In this document: in pieces, positions 33,501 to 42,870 of the stretch
How positions within the stretch are numbered: the first letter of the stretch is position 1
Layout of the letters: every line of letters begins with the position of its first letter
DNA from: Heptranchias perlo
Taxonomy: Eukaryota
Direction: 5' to 3'
Assembly: GCF_035084215.1 (NCBI RefSeq)
Contig: NC_090370.1
Coordinates: 7,378,001-7,427,268 of the forward strand
DNA length: 49,268 nucleotides
Position numbers and translations under genes: made by a program
The notes under the pieces: model-generated
What the model was told of the DNA's origin: nothing
What the model saw: only the letters and a program-made list of their open reading frames with translations
The model's database searches: none

Positions 33501-36500
33501 AAATATCTTGAGCAATGAGCTAAAACCAGACTAATAATATTAGACGGTAGTCATGATGTGGAGATGCCGGTGATGGACTGGGGTTGACAATTGTAAACAA
33601 TTTTACAACACCAAGTTATAGTCCAGCAATTTTATTTTAAATTCACAAGCTTTCGGAGGCTACCTCCTTCCTCATCGTTCACCTGAGGAAGGAGGTAGCC
33701 TCCGAAAGCTTGTGAATTCAGAGTAAAAAGTACAAAGTCTCATTTAACACTATAAAAAAGAAAATATATGCTTCAGATTTCAAATGTTACTCAGGGAATG
33801 AGACTTTAAAACGCCCTTAAGACCCAAATGCAAATCGGTAAAAGGTGAAATGGCCAAACTAAAAAATTGATTACATTTCACAAGGAATGGATCTAATCTA
33901 AGGGGGGGTTCCCCCTTTTATTATATTAATTTCACACTCATCCGTTGTCGAACGGACACCGCGCAACAATCGCCAAACAGGAGGGTTCCCTCCCAGTCGG
34001 GGAACACTTCAGCAGTCAAGGACATTCAGCCACCGACCTTCGGGTAAGCGTACTCCAAGGCGGCCTTCGAGACACACGACAACGCAAAATCGTCGAGCAG
34101 AAATTGATAGCCAAGTTCCGCACCCATGAGGACGGCCTCAACCGGGATCTTGGGTTCATGTCACGCTACACGTTACCCCACCAGCGAACAAATGTTATCT
34201 GTTTTTAATATAACGGGTCAGTTGCTGTCTTTTCTATGTTTCTAACTCTCTATCTCTTTTTTTTTGTTTGTTGTTTTTTTTGGTGATTTGTATATTCTGA
34301 GACCTGGCAGGTAACACCTGTCTGTCTGCACACTGATTGCCTTGGCAACGGGCAGTTGAAAAAACTGTCTGTTATCACCAGCATTGTTCTGTGAATTATA
34401 AATGCGACTTCATTTCGAGGACTTCATTTCCGCATCGTTCACCTGAGGAAGGAGGTAGCCTCCGAAAGCTTGTGAATTTAAAATAAAATTGCTGGAATAT
34501 AACTTGGTGTTGTAAAATTGTTTACAATAATATTAGAAAGTAATGTATTAACATGCAGTTCATCTGTCTGCTATTTTAAGATAAAACTGGTTAATAGTGG
34601 GCAACGGCATTTCATATGAACCAATTAATATGGGCATTCCTAATATTGCACAGCATGCTTTCAATCCCAGGAGTGTTAAGTTGTGGATAAAATGGTGGCC
34701 ATGGCCACCATATTACCAAGGTACTTCACTGCCATTGCTGGCAGGATTCGTGACTTTGATCGCAGTGCTGTAAAGTCACTGTTGGTGGGAGAGGTCACCA
34801 GTTTTTTTCTAGTTGTGGGTGGAATGAAAATGCAGCCTGCCCATAAGGGTCACTGATGTGGTTTCTGGATTGCTGACCTGTATGAACCTTCCTAATGAAA
34901 AAAGGCCTGGAGGCCAGAAAATTAAGTTGTGAATTAATTGTGTCTTTCAAACAAATGTGGGTGCACAAGATTACATAGTCCTTGGGACTGGGAGCACTAG
35001 GCGATTACCAGACCACTTCTCAATGAAGCATTTCTGTAATTTAAAGTAAGCATTAGTCAAAGGCAAGACTTGGATCTGAAGGTTCTGCTAGTTTCTAATG
35101 GGGATTGATCATGTTGGCAGAACAGACAACTGAATCCAGCTTAAGTCACATGCCGATGAAGGTGTGCTGTACCATATTACTGCACTCATGTTGACTTTTG
35201 TGCTAAAATTATAGACTGGAGGAATTTGACCTCCCGGGAGACCAATTTATATCCCGAGCCATTGACATTCGAAGGTATTATTTTGCCTGCACAAGTCATT
35301 TCAAGTGCTTATCTGTTTCACCATAAGGCACCACATAAATGGAACTATTGTTCCTGAAATTCTGTGGGATTTTCCAATTTTTCACCGACGCTCCAACCTT
35401 CAGGGAAGTAGCAGAGCCCTGATATAACCCAGGTTAAGCTGGGTCTGTATGATTTCCCTGGGGTTTACAGCAGGAGACTGGGGAATTTCAGGATTGTTGG
35501 GGGTAATTTTGACTTTGGGTGATTAGTGGAAAACGGGTGATATCGGATCAGCCGCCCTTTACACACCTTACACGATTCTCAAATCCCTTGCACTATCGCC
35601 CAAAGTCAAAATACCCCCATTGCCTTTTATTTTCTGGAAACAGTGAAATGTGGTGTAGTACTGATGTTCTACTGCCAGGTGAATCATGTCTTGGTTGATA
35701 AATCCATTTCCATTTTAAAATCTTCGAAAATGCTGTGAAGCAGTTTGTCTCAAATGTAGAACTTCACTCATTGAGAAAATACTGAATTTATTTTTATTGT
35801 ATATTGCAAGATGATAACCCCACTGTACTGTACCCTCACATGAGAATGGCATCATTTTACAAATTGCCATTCAGCCACTCCACATTCGTTTTCCTCTTTC
35901 TCCTCATTGTATTAAAACCGTGACTCATCACACCATCTCCTACTCTAATTCCTTCTTTCCCACAACCAGAACTTCTTCTTATCTCCCTCAGTTTTATCCT
36001 CCTACAGTCCAAAACCAAAGCTTGGCCTCAAAGAACCCTACTTCCTGATTTTACCTAATCTTCTCTTTTTAAAAAAAAATCAACCTTGATGGCGTCTTGG
36101 ACTGTGGCCGTTGGCCATTCCCTCGGGCTTCTCAATGAAGAGAAAACAATAACCAAGGAAAGCACTACGACAGAGAAAACAAAACTGCAATTTGGAAATA
36201 CAGAAAACATGAGTCCATCACTATCTTTAAAGAGTGAATTATGTTAATGTTTGGGGTGAATTGTTAAAACCATTAGTACAATGGCCCCCCCCTTTATTGT
36301 AGGGATGGTCTGGGTTCCTTTAAAGAATGATTATGAATTTTATGTTATTAATGGTTCTCTATTTTAGTTTGACACTATGAAGAAAAGTTCTGGAAAACAT
36401 ACAGATGAGCTCCGTATCATTAAGACTGAGATATCGGACATGGGCAGACATGTCGGAAGACTAAATTCTGAGATCCAGAGTTTGAAACAACAAGTAAGAT

Positions 36501-39500
36501 CACTTTATGCAGGATTGAAATTCTTAAGTCATTGCTATTTTTGTTGTAAATGCCACTCTGCACCCACTCTCTCTAATTTTCACCCCTCTTCTCCTGGAGG
36601 TGTTGACTCTTTCTGGTTGCACAGCTTCCAACTGCCCTCTGGTACCTCACTCCAGTGGCCAAGTTTCATGTGTGGCCTTACAACAAGTGTTAATGGACTA
36701 TTTGAGATAACTGGCTCGATTGAAGTCAATGGAGAGGATAACTGGGTGGGGTGTATAATGGGGGGCCGATCTGCTACCACCTGTTTTCCACGACCGCTGA
36801 ACATTAAAATCAGCCCCACGGTCTTTGCAGCATGCATTGCTGAACAACAGATCAGGAATGGGAACCCTGGCTGATTATCCCTCCTGATCGAGGGGTGCTG
36901 AGGCCGTGGTGTAGGGCCCCTCTTGCTGCCCTGGCTCAGCTCAACTGACTCAGCACAGACCACGGACTGAACCTGGAACCTTCCTGGTCTGTTTGGATTA
37001 GGTGCACAACAGCAGGTGCACTTGTAAATGGAGCAAATTGACTGGGGAAGGAGGAGCCAAGTTAAGACATTGCTACCATTAAACAGAGGAGATTGTGACA
37101 CTTTTTGTGTTTAACGTTAGTGACTATGGCAGTTTTAACTCTTATCGAAACAATTTGTGGATTTAAAATGAACAAAGATAGTTTTATTTTTAATAATGTG
37201 AAGAAATGTATTTAAAAGGAAAGAGGGGAGATTACAGGGTAAGCTAACCTGGGCTTGTGCCCTTACTACTGACCAACTAGGAGGGCATTGGCAGAGGCCA
37301 GTGAGTTCTTCACCTCTTTTTATAGCTCAAGGAATGGGAGTGGAGGATGGAGGTGGAAAATGAGTAAAGGGAAGGTGGAGGGAGGAGTTATTGATGGTGT
37401 TCAACATCTCAAAAGAATTTCTGCTACTTTATGAATGTGTCAATTAGAATTTGTTGCAAATGTTTGTTTTTGTTAAAATGGCGCACGTACATTAGTGAAT
37501 TGAAGGGCTAGCTTTCAGCAATGCTAATTATCAGTTCGGAACATTGAAACAGGAGGCCATTCAGCCCCTCGAGCCTGTGCCGCCATTCAATTAGATCATG
37601 GCTGATCTGTATCTTGCCTCCATTTACCCGTCTTGGTTCCATATCCCTTAATACCTGACAAAAATCTATCAATCTCAGTTCTGAAATTTTCAATTGACCC
37701 CCAGCCTCAACAGCTTTTTGCAGGGGAGAGTTCCAGATTTCCACTCCCCTTTGTGTGAAGAAGTGCTTCCTGACATCACCCTTGAACGGCCTGGCTCTAA
37801 TTTTAAGCTTATGCCCCCTTGCTCTGGACTCTCCTGACCAAAGGAAATAACTTCTCTCTATCTACCTGATCAAATCCAAAGTTGGGACATTGGCTCACTT
37901 TGCACTGTCCATATGCTACAGAAAGATCAGATGGAGGCAGCAATCGCAGACGCGGAGGGACGCGGGGAGCTGGCCCTTACTGAAGCTAAGAGCCGCATAG
38001 CTGAGCTACAGGCAGCCATGGAGAAGGGTAACCAGGAAATCATCCGTCAGGTGCGAGAGTACCAGGACTTAATGAACACAAAGCTTGCCCTGGACATCGA
38101 AATTGCCACTTACAAAAAACTGCTCGAAGGAGAGGAAAGCAGGTTAGTACATTCTGGGTACCTCTTGAAATAAAAACAGAAAATGCTGCAGAAGCTCAGC
38201 AAGTCGGGCAGCATCTGTGAAGAAAGAAACAGTTAACATCTCAGGTTGAGGACCTTTTGTCAGAACATCTGGGTACCTCTGGAACTGGCTTAGTTCAATA
38301 AATTAGGCTCTTTCTGGAAGGCTGGGTTCAGGGTTGCACAAAGTATCCCAGTTGAGGGTGTCCTTGAGAGTGTTGCACAACATGGCCATGGATGTAACTC
38401 TATTGAAACCTGCCAGAAGATGGCAGGGACCTGGTTGCATTGGGTCTTTGCTGTTTCTGGGACTTTCTGTGCAGCCTTGTTGGATTCAGAACCTCTGTCC
38501 AACCCTTACAGGGCAAATGACTCCAAGGGGGTGGCCACTGGGTGGGGGTGGAGGGAGCAGAGCTAGGGTTAGGGACACTCAATACTAAAAGTTCCTGCTT
38601 CCCTGGGTCAGTTGGGACCCACTTGCCTGGGCAACCTTACCCCCACCCCCCACCCAACATGGTCAGCAGATGCTCGATCTTCAGGCTTCATGGAGCAAGT
38701 TGGAGATATGTTCATAGTGGCACAGGTGCCTGCCAGCCCCAAGTAAATTAGATGTCCTCCCACTGAGCCCACAAACTCTGGCAGGGTCAGTGCTGGTGCA
38801 CTTAATCTCTGCTGATTATTCCGGGCCTGTGTTCCACAACTCGTGTGTGTTAATGAGGGCCAGTGTATGTTTAACTGCTGCAGCATGATCAATCTTCAAA
38901 AAATATAAACAGAGCCCCTTTTTTGGATCAAAGTGGTGGCGTTAGAACACTGAGCTCCCATTCAGATCACCCAAGTTTGTAGGGCATTGGATCATCCAGT
39001 GAGTTCTAAGTGATATAAAAAGAAAGAACTTGCATTTATATAGTGCCTTTTATGACCTCAGGATGTCCCAAAGTGCTTTACAATCAATGAAGTACTTTTA
39101 AAGTGTAGTCACTGTTGTAATGTACGAAACGTGGAGCTGCTCCCACTCCGCCATCGTAACTTCACCGTGAGTATGTCAGAAACCCTCTTTGTGTGTTTAC
39201 ACTGCATTTCCAGTGAAATTACGGCAGTGACAGGGAGCAGTTCCTAAGAGATTAAGGGCATTCAAAGTGCAGTTGACTGCTAGACCAGGATAGAGTAATA
39301 GAGATTATTACTCTTAGAGCTTCATTGTACCTTTTATTCATTCTTAACTGTTCTCGTGTGTATGTTCTTTCCAATAACAGTTACTCTTGTCTCTGATTTC
39401 AGATTGTCAGCGCCAGTGAATGTGTCCTTTCACCAATCAATCAAAAGTAAGAAAACTGCTCTGAATGTTTTCAATTACAAAATCTAATCATTTTGTGCAG

Positions 39501-41414
39501 TACAAAATACATTTTACCTTCCTGGTGTGCCACTTGGTCCTAAAAGACTAAGAAGGACTGAGATTCAATCTCTTACCTGCAACCAGGGCCGGAGTTGGGT
39601 GGTGGTGGTTGGGGGGGGGGGGGTCTCAATGCCCCTAGGCCAGAAAGTGGGGGAAGGGCAAATCAACCTCTGCTCTTGTTGATTATCCAGTGACTCCTGC
39701 TGGACAGTGCTCATGTACAGACATTGGGGGCAATTTTTAATATGGACGATATTGCATTGGCCATCCCTTATACATCCCACCTGATTTTTCCCTTCCATAT
39801 AGAGCAGCTAATTCAATATTGCCAATTTTACACCATCACCCAAAGTTACAACTACCCCCATTGAGTAGAGATAGTCAAGCTTGGTTATAAGGCCCTGGTT
39901 ACAAGGCCTGCCCAGTTCTGGTCTCCATATTATAGAAAGGATATAAAGACATTGAAGGCGGTGCAAAAAAGATTCACAAGGGTAATACCAGAACTGAGAG
40001 GATATCCTTCTCAGGAAAGGCTGAACAGGCTGGGGCTCTTCTCTCTAGAAAAGAGAAGGCTGAGGGGTGACCTGATAAAGGTCTTTAAGATTATGAAAGG
40101 GTTTGATTTGGTAGATGTAGAAGATGTTGCCACTTGTGGGGGAGTCTAAAACTAGAGGTCATCAATATAAAAGTCACTAATTAATAAATCCAATAGGGAA
40201 TTCAGGAGAAACGTCTTCACCCAAATAATGGTAAGAATGTGGAATGCATTACCACAAGGAGTGGTTGAGGCAAATAGAATAGATGCATTTAAGGGGAAGT
40301 GAGATAAACACATGAGGGAGAAAGGAATAGAAGGATATGCTAATAGGGTGAGATGAAGTAGGGAGGGAGGAGGCGCACGTGGAGCATAAACGTCAGCATA
40401 GACCAGTTGGGCTGAATGGCCTGTTTCTATGCTATAATTTCAATGTAACAAAAGGTAGAGTGTAAAAATAATTTGAAAGCCATGGCTATTTTGAACATTT
40501 TGTCATAACAGATTCAGGCAGTAATGCATGGTCCATGGTATCAAATATTTCTTGCTATGTTGATGTGCTAAATATTTTTTATTTGGGGTATGTGCTTAGC
40601 CAGAGGCACCTTCACTGCCCTCTACCCAGTGGTACTCCTTAATACAGCCGGGAACTATTTGTGGCCTTCCTCCCCTTGGCTGTGGTCCTCAGCAGACCTG
40701 TTATTCTGGTAGTCTCTGGACCTCCATGAATAGTCTGCCCAGCTGTAGGATGCCAACTGAACTGTGACCCAATACTATTTCTTGTCCTTTCACTTGCTCC
40801 ACAGCAAAAGGTGGGCAAGGGAATGCTACTAGGAGCAAGTACTATCCCAGTGCCCATACACCAATTGAAAGAGCCCTATTACCAAATGGCACAATTGGTC
40901 CAATCATTTTTTTTTGTTTTCTCCTTTGTTGTTTTGAGAAATTGCTGGCCTTCACTTGGCAATGGCCCACAGCTCCCTGTTTGGGGAATCAGGGCCAGAG
41001 ACCCAGCCCCCTTCATTTACTCCTGTTGCAGCATCCCTTAGTGTGGAACCTCACAAGACATTGGGATTGTGACCCTTGACCGAAAGTCAGTAACGTTGAT
41101 GGACCACACAAAGGAATGCAACGGTCTCCATCTGTTAATGTTTAATGTTGGTCACAGGTACTGCTTAGCGTTCAGTATAATAAATTGGTGGACTAAAAGT
41201 TGTGCTTTCCAATGCAATTGTTGCTCATTCTCTTGCCTCTCATTTTAAAATGTGCACATGTTCAACAGATTACGGACTTCCGGCACTGCAGATCGAGAGC
41301 TTTAACCGTGGTGGGCTGGAAACAAGCGGAGTAAGCCGAACCCTTGTCGTCAAGACTATTGAAACCAAGGATGGCAAAACACTCTCCGAGTCCCCCTTTC
41401 ATCCAAGAAAATGA
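21234..41414 (+). CDS. krt8: Type II keratin, keratin 8-like; 9 exons join(21234-21509,22723-22931,28549-28609,29652-29747,33159-33323,36368-36493,37922-38142,39403-39446,41269-41414); 447 aa
   Basis: [30 protein letters not shown]...[32 protein letters not shown]8-type tail [11 protein letters not shown]. Exon sizes 209/61/96/165/126/221 are the type II pattern; all GT-AG; 1344 nt in frame. The sequence is divergent, so it may be a K8 paralogue. Confidence 0.85.
22238..22406. mobile_element. Penelope-like element: palindromic pLTR-only insertion in krt8-like intron 1
   Basis: Flanked by direct repeat ACTTTTTACTCTGA (22224-22237 and 22404-22417); 35-bp perfect inverted arms 22237-22271/22281-22315; nearly identical to the pLTR at 34433-34528. 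Confidence 0.85.
22239..22277 (-). ncRNA. Minimal hammerhead motif (antisense copy in intron 1)
   Basis: Reverse complement is identical to 34438-34476. Confidence 0.6.
22723..22931 (+). CDS. krt8: krt8-like exon 2 (209 bp)
   Basis: [19 protein letters not shown]...LVEDYKS; tttcag acceptor, gtatgt donor. Confidence 0.95.
23381..23523. mobile_element. Short MITE-like element
   Basis: Ends GGGAATTTCCTG / CAGGAAATTTCCC with internal self-complementarity. Confidence 0.45.
23855..24170. mobile_element. CR1 3' fragment (+) abutting a DeuSINE fragment (-)
   Basis: Reverse-complement similarity to 3700-3860, then SINE tail sequence from ~24050. Confidence 0.6.
26030..26796 (+). mobile_element. L2 RT and 3' end, internally deleted
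   Basis: [21 protein letters not shown]; [13 protein letters not shown]; [11 protein letters not shown]; L2 tail. Confidence 0.8.
27835..28277 (-). mobile_element. DeuSINE copy
   Basis: Homologous to 291-719. Confidence 0.7.
28549..28609 (+). CDS. krt8: krt8-like exon 3 (61 bp)
   Basis: [20 protein letters not shown]; ctgcag acceptor, gtgggt donor. Confidence 0.95.
29652..29747 (+). CDS. krt8: krt8-like exon 4 (96 bp)
   Basis: [32 protein letters not shown]; ttgtag acceptor, gtaatg donor. Confidence 0.95.
29820..30180 (-). mobile_element. SINE sharing its 3' tail with the LINE at 44360-45000
   Basis: GATGTGGGCATTGCTGGCAAGGCCGGCATTTGTTG is reverse-complement-similar to 44946-44980; tRNA-like head near 30180. 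Confidence 0.55.
33159..33323 (+). CDS. krt8: krt8-like exon 5 (165 bp)
   Basis: [38 protein letters not shown]...YETK; cccag acceptor, gtaagg donor. Confidence 0.95.
33549..33942. repeat. 394-bp inverted repeat, copy B (partner 22013-22406)
   Basis: Reverse complement of 22013-22406. Confidence 0.95.
33678..33716 (+). ncRNA. Minimal hammerhead motif (second copy, within a 35-bp hairpin)
   Basis: Identical to 34438-34476. Confidence 0.65.
34438..34476 (+). ncRNA. Minimal type I hammerhead ribozyme motif in Penelope pLTR
   Basis: TTCAC-CTGAGGA-A-GGAGG(TAG)CCTCC-GAAAGCTT-GTGAA: stem I, CUGANGA core, stem II, GAAA, palindromic stem III. Confidence 0.7.
35498..35619. mobile_element. MITE
   Basis: TIRs TGGGGGTAATTTTGACTTTGGGTGAT / ATCGCCCAAAGTCAAAATACCCCCA; a related copy lies at ~39724-39861. 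Confidence 0.65.
36368..36493 (+). CDS. krt8: krt8-like exon 6 (126 bp)
   Basis: [27 protein letters not shown]...SLKQQ; ttttag acceptor, gtaaga donor. Confidence 0.95.
37545..37872 (-). mobile_element. CR1-type LINE 3' fragment ending just upstream of the exon 7 acceptor
   Basis: [14 protein letters not shown]; hairpin-type 3' tail CAGGAGGCCATTCAGCCCCTCGAGCCTG. Confidence 0.7.
37922..38142 (+). CDS. krt8: krt8-like exon 7 (221 bp)
   Basis: [19 protein letters not shown]...[20 protein letters not shown]; ctacag acceptor, gttagt donor. Confidence 0.95.
38166..38267 (-). mobile_element. Short pLTR-like (Penelope-type) insertion with 13-bp TSD
   Basis: TCTGGGTACCTCT repeated at 38153-38165 and 38268-38280; interior is reverse-complement-similar to 47652-47752. 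Confidence 0.65.
39403..39446 (+). CDS. krt8: krt8-like exon 8 (44 bp)
   Basis: (R)[14 protein letters not shown]; atttcag acceptor, gtaaga donor; phases 2 and 1 fit the neighbouring exons. Confidence 0.8.
39895..40445 (+). mobile_element. CR1 RT C-terminus and 3' UTR
   Basis: [17 protein letters not shown]...[25 protein letters not shown]. Confidence 0.8.
41269..41414 (+). CDS. krt8: krt8-like exon 9 (tail, stop TGA)
   Basis: (N)[11 protein letters not shown]...[24 protein letters not shown]; caacag acceptor. Confidence 0.88.
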
Positions 41415-41581
41415 AGTGCTCATCTTTTACAAAAAGATGTGTCTGGTCATTTCAATCATTTTTAACTTGTTGCGTTTCAAATTTTGTTGGTTAAAATGCA
41501 CCTCAAGGCCTCATCAATGGATCCATAAAGGAGTTTGAGAATTATGAAGGATTTCCCCCCCAGTCCTGGTACCAAATGTGA

Positions 41582-41587
41582 AATAAA
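41582..41587 (+). terminator. polyadenylation signal of krt8-like gene
   Basis: AATAAA ~170 nt after the stop. Confidence 0.65.
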
Positions 41588-42499
41588 GCTTGATAATATG
41601 ACATACTTGCATTTTCTGTTTTGATTAATTTTACAATCAACTCTCTCCAGAGATTAGATGTGTCGCTGCCATTTGGGAAATTGTGGCTGATTTGCATGTA
41701 TTTCAATAGACAATCTATGAATTCCCTCACAAAACTTGGTTTGGTTCCCCAGGTGATATCTTGTGCACAATTCTGGCCTCTATTATAAAAAGGATAGAGG
41801 CACTGGAGAAGATGCAAAAAAGATTCACCAGAATGATACCAGAACTGAGAGGATATACTTATCAGGAATGGCCCAGACTCATAAGATCGTCCCAGACAAG
41901 TTGAAAAAGAGTGGGAGAGATAATGAGATCAATCAGAACGTAGTGAAAAGGTAGACCTGAAGCTTGAGTTTGTGAATGTTACAGCACAAAAACATACCGA
42001 TAAACCCATCAATGCCACCTAGTCTGATCTCCTGCTCACTACTCGTTCTTTTTAATATTTCTCTTTCAAACAATGCTTTCAAAAAAAAATTAAGGATTCT
42101 ACTTCAACAATTTGTGGCAGAGAATATTACGTTTGAACGGCCTTTTATGTGAAGAAGTTTTCCCCCTTGAAAGTTTTGTGATTCTCTTATATTTATGCCC
42201 TTGCTGACCAGTACAAGGCAAATGACTGAACACAATATTAGTTCTAGTGTTTTTTTACAAACCCTTAAAACATATTTTCCAAATCAGTGCTGGGAAACTA
42301 GCTTTTAGTTTTTTAAAGCTACAACTTTGGGGTGGGGGAAGGGTGTGGAGGGCACAGCACAGTCTGTGAGGGAGGAATATGTAGAAGACCATGCTGGTGA
42401 GCCCAGTCATAAACATGGTAGTGGGAAACAAGGAGCATAGAACTGTGGAAGGTGATGTACAGGGTTAGGGACTACTCCCCACCCTTGGCCATTGGACCT

Positions 42500-42870
42500 C
42501 TCGCCCAATTCGTCTATCTTCAGTGCAGTACTGAGGAAGTGCTGCTTTGTCTTAGATACCTGTCTTTCAGCTCAAATGTTAAACCGACATCCTTTCTGAT
42601 TGTTCAGCTGGACATATAAGATCCCATGGCACTATTTGAAGAGCAGGGGGTTCTCCCAACTAATATTCTTCCCTCAACCAACACCACCAAAAAACATACT
42701 GTTGAGTGATTCATCTCCTTCACTGTTTGTGAACAGTGCTGGTCCTTGCTGTGTGCAACTTGATAGTTTACCTGCATAACAGCAGTAACCGCATTTCAAA
42801 AATAATCAATTGGCTGAAAAGTGCTTTGAGGTGTCCCAGCTGCTGCATAAATGCAAGTTTATTTTTTCTT
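42500..42870 (+). mobile_element. DeuSINE copy (degraded)
   Basis: GATCCCATGGCACTATTTGAAGAGCAGGGG core and ATAAATGCAAG tail. Confidence 0.6.

Larger units (their letters stand above)
33545..34525 (+). mobile_element. Penelope-like retroelement, 5'-truncated, with inverted pLTR and captured host intron sequence
   Basis: TSD AATAATATTAGA (33533-33544 and 34526-34537); GIY-YIG endonuclease C-terminus at 33951-34208 (NGHRATI...LPVGEHFS...[11 protein letters not shown]...[21 protein letters not shown]); 3' pLTR with a hammerhead; inverted pLTR at the 5' end. Confidence 0.88.

Noticed and set aside
33945-34208. 87-aa ORF as a stand-alone gene
   Set aside because: It is the 5'-truncated C-terminal part of a Penelope GIY-YIG domain; the start is an artefact of the inversion junction.
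36494-37101. Long ORFs extending past exon 6 (165 and 173 aa)
   Set aside because: Read-through into intronic SINE/MITE relics after a canonical GTAAGA donor.
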